A stretch of DNA of 59,646 nt, counting the filler, from Sphacelaria rigidula (lineage: Eukaryota): assembly GCA_964200075.2 (NCBI GenBank). It is 7 parts of 7 records of this genome, joined end to end, with 100 filler letters (N's around TTAATTAATTAA, not from the genome) between each part and the next. Parts side by side here need not be neighbours in the genome. Positions count along the whole stretch, not along the records: positions 34,146 to 42,579 come from CAXNAA020011138.1; positions 42,680 to 51,113 come from CAXNAA020011139.1; 5 more parts are not named here. One strand, given 5' to 3'. Position 1 is the stretch's first letter; every line of letters begins with the position of its first letter. The position numbers and the translations under genes were made by a program. Under the pieces are notes generated by a model, which saw only the letters and a list, made by a program, of their open reading frames with translations, had not been told where the DNA came from and made no database searches. Shown here piece by piece: positions 37,201 through 49,483 of the stretch.

Positions 37201-38230
37201 ATACATCCTGAGCTATAGCAGACAGAGCATGGTTATTCGGAGAGTCTATCCTAATATTACGTGGCAGTTCCAACTCTGTGTGGGCAGCTTTTACCGTTTG
37301 GTGAAAGGGTCTCAGTGTCGATTTCTGGCATGGCGAGGAGGATTCCTCTTTGAATCTGGCACTCAGATGACAGTCTGCGTGTGTAATGCCTGTTAGCATC
37401 AGACTCCGAAATGACATGACCGAAATGGTGTCTTTTCTGGCGGATCAGATTCGCCCTATTTAGGAACACCAAAGGGCTTTCGCCCGGGGTCATCTGCAGA
37501 CATGACTATTCCTGCTCAAGACGCGCCTTCTCAGTGGTAGGTGAAACGGTAAAGTACTGAATAAAACAATGCCAAGACTCACTAGGCGAACCAAGCATCG
37601 CAAAGTTTTCTACCATTACGGGAGTGGTGATGTTTTCGAGGGGTATATCGTGGGCCCGTTGAGCTTGCTCTACTGCCCTGAATCCATGCTGCCTTACCAA
37701 CTCTTCTTCTCTTCCATGAAATGCTCGAATGGGTTCCTGCACAAACAGAGCATCATAGCATCTCTCGGCACGAAAATATCCGATCATCTGTACTTGAAAC
37801 ACACGAAACTTGGGCTCCAAATTTTCCCCTGCTTTTACTGTACCGTCCCATGGGTGAATACTCGTATTATTGCGTACTCTTACAAAGTTCGGTGGGGCAC
37901 GTAGCCCTTCCGTGAAGTTATCGCCTCGGAACTCTTGAAAAAAACGTGGGTTACTCTCCTGGTCGCGTGCGTTGTACGCACCGTGGGGTAACCTTGTGCC
38001 CCTGCGCCCAAATGCATGCTCCTATCTCTTTCGTACTCTGCAATAGCATCGCGTTTTGCGGCCTCGATCAGTTCCGCCTGTTTTTCTTCCATGATACGTA
38101 CTTTTTCGGTCTGCTCTACCTCCATACGCCGGAGCTTTTCCGTTAACTCTTCAGTACTGTACTTCATGTGAGCCATGGATTGACTTTTATTATCTACTTC
38201 TGTTACTTGTTGTTGAATTGTTTGTCTCAA
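34278..38230 (-). mobile_element. Decayed Ty1/copia LTR retrotransposon (gag-protease-integrase)
   Basis: Gag-like MTPGESPLVFLNRAN; protease WTSDTGVSHHTTG, VILGDG, NLFSL; pre-integrase H...H...CAGC; integrase VHLDLTGP, RIDNGGDF, TPKQNAVAE; ORFs 35463-36908, 34836-35411 and 34278-34835 share one frame broken by stops. Confidence 0.92.
35391..35721. repeat. 138-bp (46-codon) tandem repeat, about 2.4 copies, inside copia pol
   Basis: Units start near 35391, 35529 and 35667 (cagtatcact..cagacaaaacatccgggggg). Confidence 0.85.
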
Positions 38231-38309
38231 ACTCTTCTTGACCTCTCACTTGTTGACTCCCTCTTTCGTTGACTCAAGCACAATCAGATTTTGCTCTGTT
38301 GTTCGAACT

Positions 38310-38495
38310 GTAACAAACGCTAACTGCGTAACTGTCTTTGAAGGCTCAAGCACTATAGAGTGCTGCTGAGTTTTGCCTCTGACCGTAACAAATGCTAACT
38401 GCGTGACTCTCTTTGAAGGCTCAAGCGCTAACTAGTGCTGCTGTATCTTGCCTCGAGCTGGCTCAAGCGCTGTGAAGTGCTGCTGAATATTGCTC
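38310..38495. repeat. About 75-bp tandem repeat in the copia leader
   Basis: gtaacaaa.gctaactgcgt.act.tctttgaaggctcaagc.ct...agtgctgctg occurs twice plus a partial third copy. Confidence 0.75.
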
Positions 38496-39906
38496 AAACT
38501 CGCTTCTTACTACCCTGTTTCTCCGGCTGCTGTCTACCCGTTTCAAAACCCGCTAGCGTATTTGATAAAGGGACTGACCCGTAGGGGACGCGCTCTGGAC
38601 GGGGGAATGTGTATACCTTCTTCTTGTATTAACCTCTTATAACCTTCACTCACCACACATCAATCATGCGAGCTCCACCCGAGCTGCTTTCTCCACCCGA
38701 AATGCAATGACTAAAATTCACCCTAAAACACAACTGAACATGGTAGAGGGGATTGCATGCCGAGTTCCCCCAGTAATTGTTCCACACCCAGTCATAACAT
38801 AATCCGTCAACGTACGCAATCCGATACCCATGATGCTTCATCAATCAGCACCGCATGTACCCGAATCAATCCAAGTACACATGCCCTGTTGTTCAGCTCG
38901 ACGATATTCAATTACAACGCGTGTTCAGACCGAGTGCTTTTAGAACCGCATCGAACTTTTTGAACACCCCGGGACCGACGTGTCGGAGAGCAAAAACTTC
39001 AGAACGACAAAATTCAGACATCAGAAGCTCGTCTACGAGTTTGTAATGCGTGGAATTGTGAGGGATATCCCTTCACAGTGACATATCAGAGACTGATGTT
39101 ACACATGTATACAGACCCAGTGCAAGTAGGGACGCGGTAGGAACGTTCCGGAAGCACCAGATTCCCCGAGGACCCTGTAATGCCAACGAAACTAGACAAC
39201 TCGGGGTTTTGCCAGGAAGAGCCTAATATTCAGGACGGTCCAACACCCCCCGAGGAACCTGGTCGCCTCAAACGACCACTCTGTGTCTGACCCACTTCTT
39301 GCCTACATCTCACAAGAAGAAATCATCGTCAGCTTCGGAGTTCCTTCGGCATCAGGACGACATCTCTCGGGACAGCCTCTTCCTTAGTCTGTCCCCCCTT
39401 GGACACGTCCTCCTTACACTGGCGACACCAGATTAGAACTCAAGCAAGACCTCTTGTAGTAGGGCACATGTCTTTCATAATGCGGAGAAAGAAGTCCGCC
39501 CACAAAAAATCCACCAGAACTACTCAGGGAAGGGCCACCGCGAAGACCCTCCAACATCCAACCGCGGCCGTCACACCATCAGCTTCCACCTCGGCGGCGA
39601 AATCGGCAGAGTCCAGAGGCGCAGCACAGTAAGTAGTACCTGCGCCGGCCGATACAACGCTGCCCGCTCAACCCCCGTATAGCTACGAGGGGGAAAGCGA
39701 CAGCGACAACTCCGAGGACTCTGAGCGGAGCACCGATATCCGTCATGTGTCCACCGGTAGGTTTGATGCGCTTCGCGACCCCACGAATTTATCCTCATCC
39801 TCTACACCAACCCCTACGCCACAACCCACCGTCAAAGAAAAGGCAGCAGAGTTCGCATAGGGCGTTGGAGAGGAGTGACGAGGAGGGCACGGGGCCAGCT
39901 CCGTAG

Positions 39907-42438
39907 GTGATGATGCAAGCTTTGGGGTTTTCAGTACCGCAGGAACAGGGAGTTTCACAGGTATCGGAATCGAGCAACCCAGTAGCGTCGGAAATAGAAC
40001 ATCTAAGTAACAGTGCGATGCTACAAAACAATACAAGTAAACCCCAGGATAGTGTCAACGATCCAGCCGATAATTTCGAGGTCGAACTGCCTAACACTAC
40101 GCCGATCCAATCCACAGAGAGCTCAGGGACTTTGACGTTAGATCCGCCAACAAGCCTCACTAACGTACAAGAAAACAGCCACAACATAGAGACTCTGTCT
40201 AGTTCAGTGCTGACTCCGCCATCTACAAGCCATAGTAGCACCATGAGAACTAAAAACAAATCGATGAAACAATCGGATCTTCCATCAACGTTAATCCTAG
40301 AAGGAAAACGGAGTGAGGACGTGCCAGCAATTCTTGATGCGTTTCTCAATCGAGTTAGGATTCATGCCCCTGACGATTGCACAGAATCCACAGTACAACG
40401 GCACGCCATAAAACACTCACCACTTATTCTCAGAGGGTCAGCAGAAAAGCTATACACCCCTCTCGGAAGCGGAAAAGTAGAGTGGCGTCCACTAGCTGTA
40501 CTGCAGGACCTCAAATCGGGAGGAGAAGATACCGCACCCATCGCCCCGAAAACATGGACATAATGGGTAGCGGCCTACACTCATCGCTTCTCTCCACCAA
40601 ACCAACTAGCACTGTTAGCCCGTGCGATAGCCGATATGAAACAGAAAGAAGATCAGAACGTAGACGACTATGCACTGGAGTGTACGACTTCGACGGACAG
40701 ATTCGTAACCGAAGCCTTGCGGGTGAAATTCCCTGGCCACGACACGCTTCGCTTCATTATAGACGTGATCACAACAGCAGCATTTGAGACCGGGCTCAAA
40801 CCCCATATCAGAGTTGAAATGGTGAGAGAAGATAATACGCTCGACTTCCAAACTGCGACAGCACGAGCGAAAAAACACGAACAAAACAATCTTCGCACAG
40901 GGCCAAACCAAACGGGAGACACTCCCCATGTCTCGGCCGCAATTGTAAAATCCCCACGTCCACAGCTAGCGGAAATGATAGCCGATCATGGCGCAATCCT
41001 CACGAATCTTCAGTCGCAGTTAAAAGCGATCAAAGGAGACAGAGGGAGAGCGGAGAAACGGTCTGCTAGCAGAGACATGAGCGCAAATAGATCAGGGGGA
41101 GAGTTGAAAAAAGTACGCTTCAAAGACAGTAACGATAAGAATACATCCAACGACAAGCAGTTGAGCGGTAAAACGAAAAAATCGGTCCGTTGTGAGTACG
41201 CACCATACAGATACAAGAACGCACACGAGAAAGCGGATTGCCGCCTTATGCAGAGCCATGTAGAGTTTGCCAAAAAGTACAACCCGTGAAGGCGCCCAAG
41301 AGAAGACCCCTCGTCTGATCAGGGCAGAAACGGTAAATCCTTACGTAGAAAATCGAGGGAATCAGAAGGCGCCCAAGAGAAGACCCCTCGTCTGATCAGG
41401 GCAGAAACGGTAAATCCTTACGTAGAAAATCGAGGGAATCAGAAGAACGCGAAATCGTCAACCCTCTGGCTCGTAAGATGGGAGAGTTTCATTTTTCAGA
41501 GAGTACGGCAGACCAACCACGGAGAATGCGTGAGAGGTCTCGGGTAGAGGTCAACCATGTACGGGATAAGCACGAGCAGGAGCATAGTAGCAGAGAGCAG
41601 AGAACAAATAGCGAATGCGTAGAACAGACGCAACGTATATTTTTAGCTCCGCAGGCGGCTTTTGTGAGTAACTCATTGCAGAAAAATAGAAAATCGAAAC
41701 ACCAATCTTCGTTTTCAAACCCGATCCTAAATGATCACTGTTATGGCTCTTACAACGCATCTTCGCTTGCCAGATATACAATTGCACCTTTAGCACTGTC
41801 CTGCGCATCAGCCCGTGTGAGAGTCATAGCCAGAGTAAACGGCACTCCCGCTGAAAACATCACAATCGATTCCGCAGCAGACGTGCCCTGTATCAGCAAA
41901 CCGTTCATCGATGAACACCCGGCCATAATGGCAGCTGATATAAACCAGTACCGCCAGGTTCGATAGACCTCAGGAGTGCGGACGGCTCACCCATGAAAAT
42001 TCTAGGTTTCATACGTTTTGAGCTTACGTTAGGGATAAAAGCCCTACCAGTAGAAGAATTCGCATTACCTAACCTAGGACCGGGTTGCCTTTTACTGGAC
42101 AATTCCGTTATGAGTGCTTTCCAAGCTATACTCGACTGGCAAGCGGAAGAGCTAACATTCCGCGATTCCAGTGTAAAAGTCAAAGCATCGCATCGAAAAC
42201 AGCGGCGTTCACAAAATACAACACACCCCGGAATGACACATTGTTCTGTAGTCAGTGAGAACTGTTCTAACGCTGTTCCAGTTTTTCTCACGAAGAAATG
42301 CAACGTGCCCCCGCAGAGTGAGATGGCCATATTAGTTGGAACGGAAAATACCCCGTCAATAACAACAGCAGCCGTCGTACAGCCACGCATTATAACCGAA
42401 GAAGACATTCGATTAACCGATGTACCCCAAGCGTTCAC
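39907..42438 (+). mobile_element. Decayed Ty3/gypsy-like retrotransposon (gag and aspartic protease)
   Basis: Gag-like MKQKEDQNVDDYA...FETGLKPHIR in frame with ORF 39907 across a TAA at 40561; degenerate Zn knuckle ending HEKADC; protease ITIDSAADVPCIS and LLLDN; cut by a MITE at 42439. Confidence 0.82.
41288..41445. repeat. Perfect 77-bp tandem duplication
   Basis: gaaggcgcccaagagaag...cgagggaatca starts at 41288 and again at 41365. Confidence 0.92.
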
Positions 42439-42579
42439 GACACTTTCTACGATACCTTCCCCCCAAAACCAGCTAAAAGTGTCCCGAAAAAAAGGACCAA
42501 CCAGCGCCTGATGTTCGGGTTCAGGCTGCATGAAGCGCCTCATATTGTCGACATTGGCTAGAATGAACCCGAGCGTGAG
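42439..42579. mobile_element. GACAC-ended MITE inserted in gypsy pol, cut by contig end
   Basis: gacactttctacgata...; reverse complement of the right half of 13542-13789. Confidence 0.85.
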
Positions 42580-43715
42580 NNNNNNNNNNNNNNNNNNNNN
42601 NNNNNNNNNNNNNNNNNNNNNNNTTAATTAATTAANNNNNNNNNNNNNNNNNNNNNNNNNNNNNNNNNNNNNNNNNNNNACGAGCTAGGCCAGCCGAGAA
42701 GCGAATCTGCAATTTGCAGGCCGTATAATGGGCCGTTTAGGGACAGGGTCAGAAGAAATTCGGAACAGTACTTTGCAGGCCATTTACCGGCCCACGTTTG
42801 GTGTTGTGTGTGTATTAAAACTTTGTGTGGGGTGTGGCTAGGACGTAATCAACAAAACAAAGTGTGGCTGATTATTTTTTTTCGTTTTTTTCCACTGGTT
42901 TAGGGCGTTCTACTATGGTGAAGACCATATTTCACGAGAACGCGCTAATCTCTATGAAAAAAAATGGAAGGCTCATTTTTTTCATTCGGCACTATTCGAT
43001 GGTGCTCCACACCAAAATTCGTTGTCATCCGCTAAATGCATCGATCAGGAATTTCATAGAGATTCTAGTATTGACGCTATCTCCCTTAGGTGTAGGAATT
43101 ACTAGACATGGGGTTTAATCAACGAGAAAATATGGGCCCATACGAGTGTGCGGTCTCCGGTTCTCTTTCTATGATGTGTCCGCCCGACCGAACCGATCGG
43201 GATCGTTACAAGTACAAATGATATGCCTTCAGGTGTTCTACTTTCTCGGTATTCGTTGCGCTACAGCCGACAACACGTGCTTTCATGTCACATACGGACA
43301 ATAACACCCTCTCGAGAAACGAGGTTTCACCTCGTATCGTTACCACGTCAAGATTGCGAAATCTATGTTGCGCGAGACTAGTTTTTCTTTCCCACGCCTA
43401 CCGACTGTCAGACTTTCGATGGGAAAAGACGAATCGCCTGTGAATAAACCCAGACCGCGTGGATATTTTGTGTAAAGTTCGACCACTGTACAACAGCAGC
43501 AAAGTCGTGCATGCCAGCAAACACATCCCCTCTTACACCGGTGCATTGTGCGTTTTCCATCTGACTGCCCCATGGAGCGATCAGCCCGCGGTCGAACGAA
43601 TTATTTCTGAACCCAACTGCAACGGCGCCCGACTACTCTGCAGCGACTACCCATATCCTCCGCATAACGGCAGCTACAGCAACAACATACCCTACCCGCA
43701 AATGCTTCCCCACAC

Positions 43716-43947
43716 CTGTTTCCTTGGCGGCCAAGAGGCTCTTCTCTCGAAGAGCGTTGCGACCCATGATGTCCAGGTTCAACCAAGATGGAGTGGTTGT
43801 GAAGTTCGCATCGTCATCAAGCCACTGGAGGAAAGCCCCAGCCGCGAACGACTCGTAGTTCTTCACCACGGCCGCTATCTTGCCGGCCTCGCTATACGTT
43901 ACGCCGCTACCCTTTACGGTCATGGCCGCATGGTAGCCCGGCACTAC
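43716..43947 (-). CDS. Putative exon of unknown protein
   Basis: ttccag|VVPGYHAAMTVKGSGVTYSEAGKIAAVVKNYESFAAGAFLQWLDDDANFTTTPSWLNLDIMGRNALREKSLLAAKET|gtgtgg; open frame, protein-like composition. Confidence 0.45.
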
Positions 43948-44369
43948 CTGGAACAGGCATGCTTCTGCCATGTTCGCTTGAGGCCTTCATTGCGTGTTCT
44001 TCATCCTCTGTATTACCCATTCCGCCGACGGATTCATCTTCAGTAGCAACGAGGGGGGCATGGTCGCTTACTTATGTGCTCGAAATAAGTAGCGCTGGTG
44101 TTAGTCGGGTGATGATGACCTCTCTGCGGCGGTGACCCTGATGCAATGCAGCACGCCACCACACACGACACCCCTACGGGACTGTGGGCTGTTGAAACAC
44201 GCTAAACATGAAACTCGAAACCCAAGTGGAGGTGTACAAATCAGAACAGTATGGTATGAAAATCTGTGTGCTGCATAACATCGTTCCCGAAACCAAATTT
44301 GCCGCGGGTTTGTTTCACCAGGATTCCAAATTCTGTGGGCCAAAGATCTGTTGCCATAACATCCGGCCT

Positions 44370-44592
44370 TAAACCCTGAAATTTGGTATGGATAATACAT
44401 GGGGCATAATAAAAAATCGTGAAGAAGCACATTGAGGTTTTTTCTTTTTTTTCATGAGTTAAGGGCAATAATCATTTTTTTTTCAGCAAAACGCCCTTAT
44501 CTCACAAAAAAAAAAAGGAAAACCCTCAATGTGCTTCTTCACGATTCTTTTATTATGCCCCATGCATTATCCATACCAATTTTCAGGATCTA
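44370..44592. mobile_element. Foldback MITE
   Basis: cctgaaatttggtatggataatacatggggcataataaaa...gaagaagcacattgagg is inverted at 44524-44588; TA at both ends. Confidence 0.8.
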
Positions 44593-45058
44593 ATAACTCC
44601 AAATATTGGCCGGCGTAGCCGCCTGCAAACGTCCATGCAGCCTCTAGGCTGGCCCAGCTCGTAGCGCATGAGTTATCCAACGTGTGTCGAGTTATATCGC
44701 AATGTAGATCCAGGCACTCTCTACTTAAGTAATCGACACAAACAGTGTAATGCAGTGTGGGTCCGGCCTCTTTTTTGTGTACCATACACTTGTACTGCAC
44801 TCCTGCGGCTGTACGAAGCTGTGCGGTTCACTGAAAATGCCGCTGTAATGACAGACAGCACACCCTACTTGTATCTTGTACAGGAGCACATACATGTGAT
44901 TTTCGGTACAGTGCCATGTGTGCTCCCGGTGAAAAACGCGCCCCTGACATCTCCGCATGGCACAGACTCCCATCACAAGGTGAATACAGACAGTCAGTAC
45001 TGGTACTTCCCTGCGTGGGGTAGGGGTGCTCATGAGAGTCGGTGGTTGTCGAGCTGAT

Positions 45059-45605
45059 GGGGGGGCGTCCTCGTTTTTTGTCTCTTGACTTCGTCATTTG
45101 ACCATTGACCACGCATCTCTTTCGAGACGGGGCACCGTTCTTACTCCCAATAGAGACACCTCCAACATTCCGGCGCTCCGTACGTTTCTTTCATACATCG
45201 CACAAAAATCTTTTACATATCTTATCCCGGCATGTTTCGCCATCCGTGGCCACGATCTACATCCTAGTATAACCATAATTTTCTCGCTACTGTTGTGTAA
45301 TGCATCAAACGGTTCCATGCCACATTCGTTCACGGCCTGCATTTTCCCCTCTAGCATGTCCTGTTCCTCCTTGTATAGTTCACATTCTACTGTATGACTT
45401 CTGCTTCCTATTGCTTTGCCAAAGAGGCGGTTAGTTCTGTGCATCAACTTCCTCCTCCACACGACTATTCGTACTAGTGTACAGTATACCTTTCTCCTTT
45501 CTGGCAAGTCCAGGTCCCCCACCCGAAATCCCAGTTACATTTTTTTCGCCGCGTCCATGGGGCCATGCAGGTATGTTTTCATCCCGACCCCTCTCTCAAC
45601 CCCCC
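45059..45605 (-). mobile_element. Longest L-C LINE-like fragment (ORF C-terminus with degenerate Zn knuckle, 3' UTR, poly(C))
   Basis: LREGVGMKTYLHGPMDAAKKM*LGFRVGDLDLPE...GKAIGSRSHTVECELY, then the shared 3' end and a C run. Confidence 0.75.
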
Positions 45606-45839
45606 GTGACCTGATGGCGGTGAGTACCCAGGTCGTACCGAACCGTTCAGTGGTGTAGAGCTTACGAAATTTGGTCGCCGAATGTCATGGTTGGAAATAT
45701 ATGGCTCGATTCACGGCAGACCAGGATATCACACCATGCACACTCGAATTCGGGCGAGCACCACTCGAGACTGTCAGCCACGGTGAAGATCCGGATCTCC
45801 ATTATCACGCTGAAATCAAATCATGGTTGTGATGGCGCC

Positions 45840-46975
45840 GGAGTGGGACAAACTCTACTTGTACCTGCTACTCTACCGGCTGGAACGGCGCCATTACAAC
45901 CCGGCGTGCGAAGGACGCGGTCTTACTCGAATCACGGCGCCGGTTTCGAGCTCTCTTCAGGCGCCCTATGGCCACAGGGATCGAATTTGATCACATGGCC
46001 TGATTTTCTCAGCATATCTTGGACTCGGATGAGGGTTGGCATAGCGGTTCAGCAAAATATAAGCAATCTTCATCGATTTTGGTTACCCAGCTCGCGTGAA
46101 CGTACTCTGAACCGTTTCGAGCGGTGGAAGACTTCACAGGGGAAGGAAAAGCGATTGAGATTTTCAACCATAACTTTTTCTTTATGTTCTGCGGGCAGGG
46201 CTTTTTTCCTATTCCAAGATTTGATCGCCTTCACGGGACCTGAGAAGGGGAAAACTGTGTTGGGGGTCCCTTTCAGCTGGGAGATGATGGCTATCCCGCA
46301 ACACTCCAACCGTGCAAATACCTTGACCCCTGCACTGTAGGTGTAACCGTACGGGTCCGAAAGGTGAGGGGTGTATGCCTGGAGTGAGATTATGGACTGT
46401 TCTGACACAAGTAGCTGCCACGGGAGCAGCGCCGTTTGCCGTTTGGAAGGCGAAGCGAGGTACGTCACGGTGTGGCGTGTGCGCGAGCCGCAGAAAGTAC
46501 GCAGATGTACCGGCAGGGATGTACAGCAACAGGCGCACTGCGTCGTGACCTGTCGTAGAACATTTGTAACGGCCCTCCGATATCTTTCTGAATCCATTCT
46601 CTTGAGTGCGGGCCAGTCGGCACTTCACCGGCTGTCTTCGCCTGACCATGGCAGCCACAACATCCTGTAGTCAGGCTGCTGACCGCACCTAATTCGCTCT
46701 TCGTGCAATCTTGCATTGCTGCTGACAACGTGCTCCAAAGTTGTGCCGGGCTCTTGCACTATGCTTCTGTTTGCGATGTGGGCATAGCAGTTACAAGGTG
46801 TAGAATAGGCCACCGTAAGAGCAGCGTACCGCTCCTCGAAAGTAAATAGTGACCAGATAGTATGCCAGTCGGTACGTTCAGGAAATGGAACCCGCACTCC
46901 AGTTGTGCATTGACGTTGTTCCGTGACTCTCCAAGCATTTGTTGCCTCCATCACATTTGCACTCGGCGGTCGCAC
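45840..46975 (-). pseudogene. Frameshifted intronless coding remnant, possibly KDZ-type transposase
   Basis: Overlapping - strand ORFs give MFYD..., LLLYIPAGTSAYFLRL and SLQAYTPHL...YSAGVKVFARL...IISQLK...VFPF...WN, a motif order reminiscent of KDZ transposase C-termini. Confidence 0.3.
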
Positions 46976-47871
46976 GCGTGGTACAACAGCTCATAGCAAC
47001 AACCGTGGAGCAAGCCGTTAGAAATATCTCTGTGTAGTGGGTTCTACTCGCAAGTGATGCTGGTGCTTAGCAAGCACCTCCCTCCCTCAAAAATACTCAG
47101 CGTTGTTTCGCACAGTCATGTATGTATGTGGGTGGTGTACGCATTTGCTTGTATTCAACAACACAACAGTGCAAGGATCTTGATATTGCCTCGTTGTACT
47201 GAATTCTGCAGTGTCGAATCGCCAGAAGCAGAGATTCGACTCGGTGGTCTTCTACAACCTCGAATTACAGCACAGTACTGTACCTGGCAACAGTTATCGG
47301 TACTTGTGTATCTTCGACGTGTTGGAGGCTGCACGGCCATCTACCCCACTTGCTGTCCGCGACGCAATTATATCAATGATTATGGCGTCGTCACTTTGAA
47401 TCCCACAATATTACCCCGCCCCCCTACCCGTACATATACACTCAACATGTGTATTTCAACCCTCCGATGATGCAGTGGGGGGACGGCTGTCGCGGACTTC
47501 GCATGTTGTTCGTGTCCTTGTTCGCGTTGCTGAGATGCAGCCATGAATGGTTCCCTATTGCCTCTCAGTTCACCTTTTGACACTCAATGTGGTCGTGTGG
47601 TGGGTCTTCACAGTTTTGTGCAAGGGAGGATGCTTTGTCAGTACTGTACATGTACACGGTACGAGTTGTATACAAGACTACCGTATACTGTAGGTCGGTG
47701 CGCATACACACGTACACAAAGAACACGTTTCGAGCATCGAATTTGATGTCCAGCGTCGCGCCCTGTGTAAGTGGTGTTCAGTACACAACAAACATGAAGC
47801 AGTAGCTGCGATCAAGATTGCAGAGCGATTTCGGTAGGTCCGCTCTGCCGTTTCGCCAGGAAGAACTTTAA

Positions 47872-47971
47872 CCCGTAGACCGCGAGGTTAGTCTTCTGTT
47901 GAATCGGCATCAAGTTCAAGTGAAAAACAGTATATGCATGATCCAGAAAGACTAATCTCGCGGTCTAAGGG
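47872..47971. mobile_element. piggyBac-like MITE (100 bp)
   Basis: ttaa|cccgtagaccgcgaggttagtctt...aagactaatctcgcggtctaaggg|ttga. Confidence 0.8.
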
Positions 47972-48248
47972 TTGAGCCCCCTGCCCACACCATGCATTTG
48001 AACAATGAGATACACAAACCAGGCGCCGTTGAACATATCGGACGATGTGTTGTGTGTTCATGCATCCTGTCTGGTGCATGCATCACTCTCGGGCAGGTTA
48101 GTTTTATGGATACGGAATTTCGTTCCAATAGACACCGAAAGATGAGCCGGAAATGTCAGGCGCGACCATTTCTCTTCGAAGTCGAGATCAACGGCATTTG
48201 TGTTCAGAACGGGCACGAGCCACACCTGCTCTGCTGGAGGTACAGCAT

Positions 48249-48700
48249 GCCGGTCGCCCCGATGGCTCAGTTGGGAACCTCGTGATCTTCTGATGGTTGA
48301 GTAGGGAGGTTCGATTCCCGGAGCGATCTGGCATCTTTCCTCACACGATGCCCAACAGTGGACAGCGACTATATCGTGGGTACACAAAATTCGACCTAAC
48401 TCTTAGACCGCGTGGTTAGTCTTCTGTTGAATCGGCACCAATTTCGAGTGGAAAGAAGACATGATCCAGAAAGACTAATCTCGCAGTCTAAGGGTTAACG
48501 GTCGACGAGGGAAAGAGGCTGCTGAACCCCTCTCGCGATAAAAATAAAAAGGCAAGCACCTCAGGAGGTAGGTGGGGTATTGAAACAAAAAAAAAGCTCC
48601 TGTGTTGACCTCCTCCTGTGTGACCCCGGCTGATGCACCCACATTTCCGAAAGATGTAGACTGCTGCCCAGAATAAATGGGACGACAACACACACACACA
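48249..48700 (+). mobile_element. tRNA-derived SINE family 1, interrupted by piggyBac-like MITE
   Basis: A box tggctcagttgg, B box ggttcgattcc; body matches the other copies. Confidence 0.85.
48400..48494. mobile_element. piggyBac-like MITE (95 bp)
   Basis: ctaa|ctcttagaccgcg...cgcagtctaaggg|ttaa; the paralogous SINE has a single TTAA at this position (49683-49686). Confidence 0.85.
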
Positions 48701-48842
48701 GCATCTCAAATTCGAGGTTCCCGATATATCTCACTACTGTAAATTTACTGTAATTACACCTGGAATCTCATGTTTGAGATGTCTCTGCTGAACTGTGTAT
48801 CTTTTGTTCTTCACCGAAAGAGGGGATTAGCTTCGAAAATAG

Positions 48843-49254
48843 CAGGGTACTCCTCGGTAATTTACAGTTAACCGGCGGTAATTTTTTCAAATCGACATAC
48901 TGGCCGCAAGAAAAAAAATACCAAAAACAAATGTGATGGCGAAAAAGAGGACGGTAAGGGCCCTCAGGCGGCCTCGAACTCAAGCGTGCTCTCGACATCA
49001 ATCTTGCACAATCGATGAAAAAGTCCAAAATTACTGCCCAAATTTTACCGTCGTTTGGGCGTTTTATTTTATTTTATTATAATAGATGTTACGAGTGTAC
49101 GAGTCCGACTCGACTCAAAGTGGTGGGTTCGATTCCGTCTCAGTGCACTCTTTTTTACTGTGGTTTTTAATAACTTTTCCGTCATTTTTGAGCGTGCCGC
49201 GAAGGAAAAAAAAAATTACCGTCTGTTGGCGGTAAATTACCGACGAGTACCCTG
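48843..49254. mobile_element. hAT-type MITE with perfect 8-bp TSD
   Basis: cagggtactcctcggtaattta...taaattaccgacgagtaccctg flanked by GAAAATAG on both sides. Confidence 0.9.
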
Positions 49255-49483
49255 GAAAATAGTGCTCTCGCACATACCTTTTGATGGAAGAGAAGACCGA
49301 ACCCCCCCGAAAACAAACTCATGGAGGGAGGGGGGGGCATGAGGTCGTCCAAGAAGTAATTTGTCGTCACTTCAGGTCAGGAGAAGCGCTGTTTTAGAGT
49401 TGGAACTTGTTTTAATCTTCAACCTCCTTTTCGAAGAAAATCTGTTGGAGGATGTCCGTCAACTCTTTACTCACCATCCATAG

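Noticed and set aside
38625..38650. Copia primer-binding site (reverse strand ggttataagagg)
   Set aside because: Only partial resemblance to a GGTTAT-type PBS and no adjacent CA-ended LTR could be delimited
48249..48330. tRNA genes at SINE heads (also 17880-17953, 22312-22385, 49755-49827, 58201-58280)
   Set aside because: Each continues into a shared body of about 300 bp and copies are diverged; SINEs rather than tRNA genes
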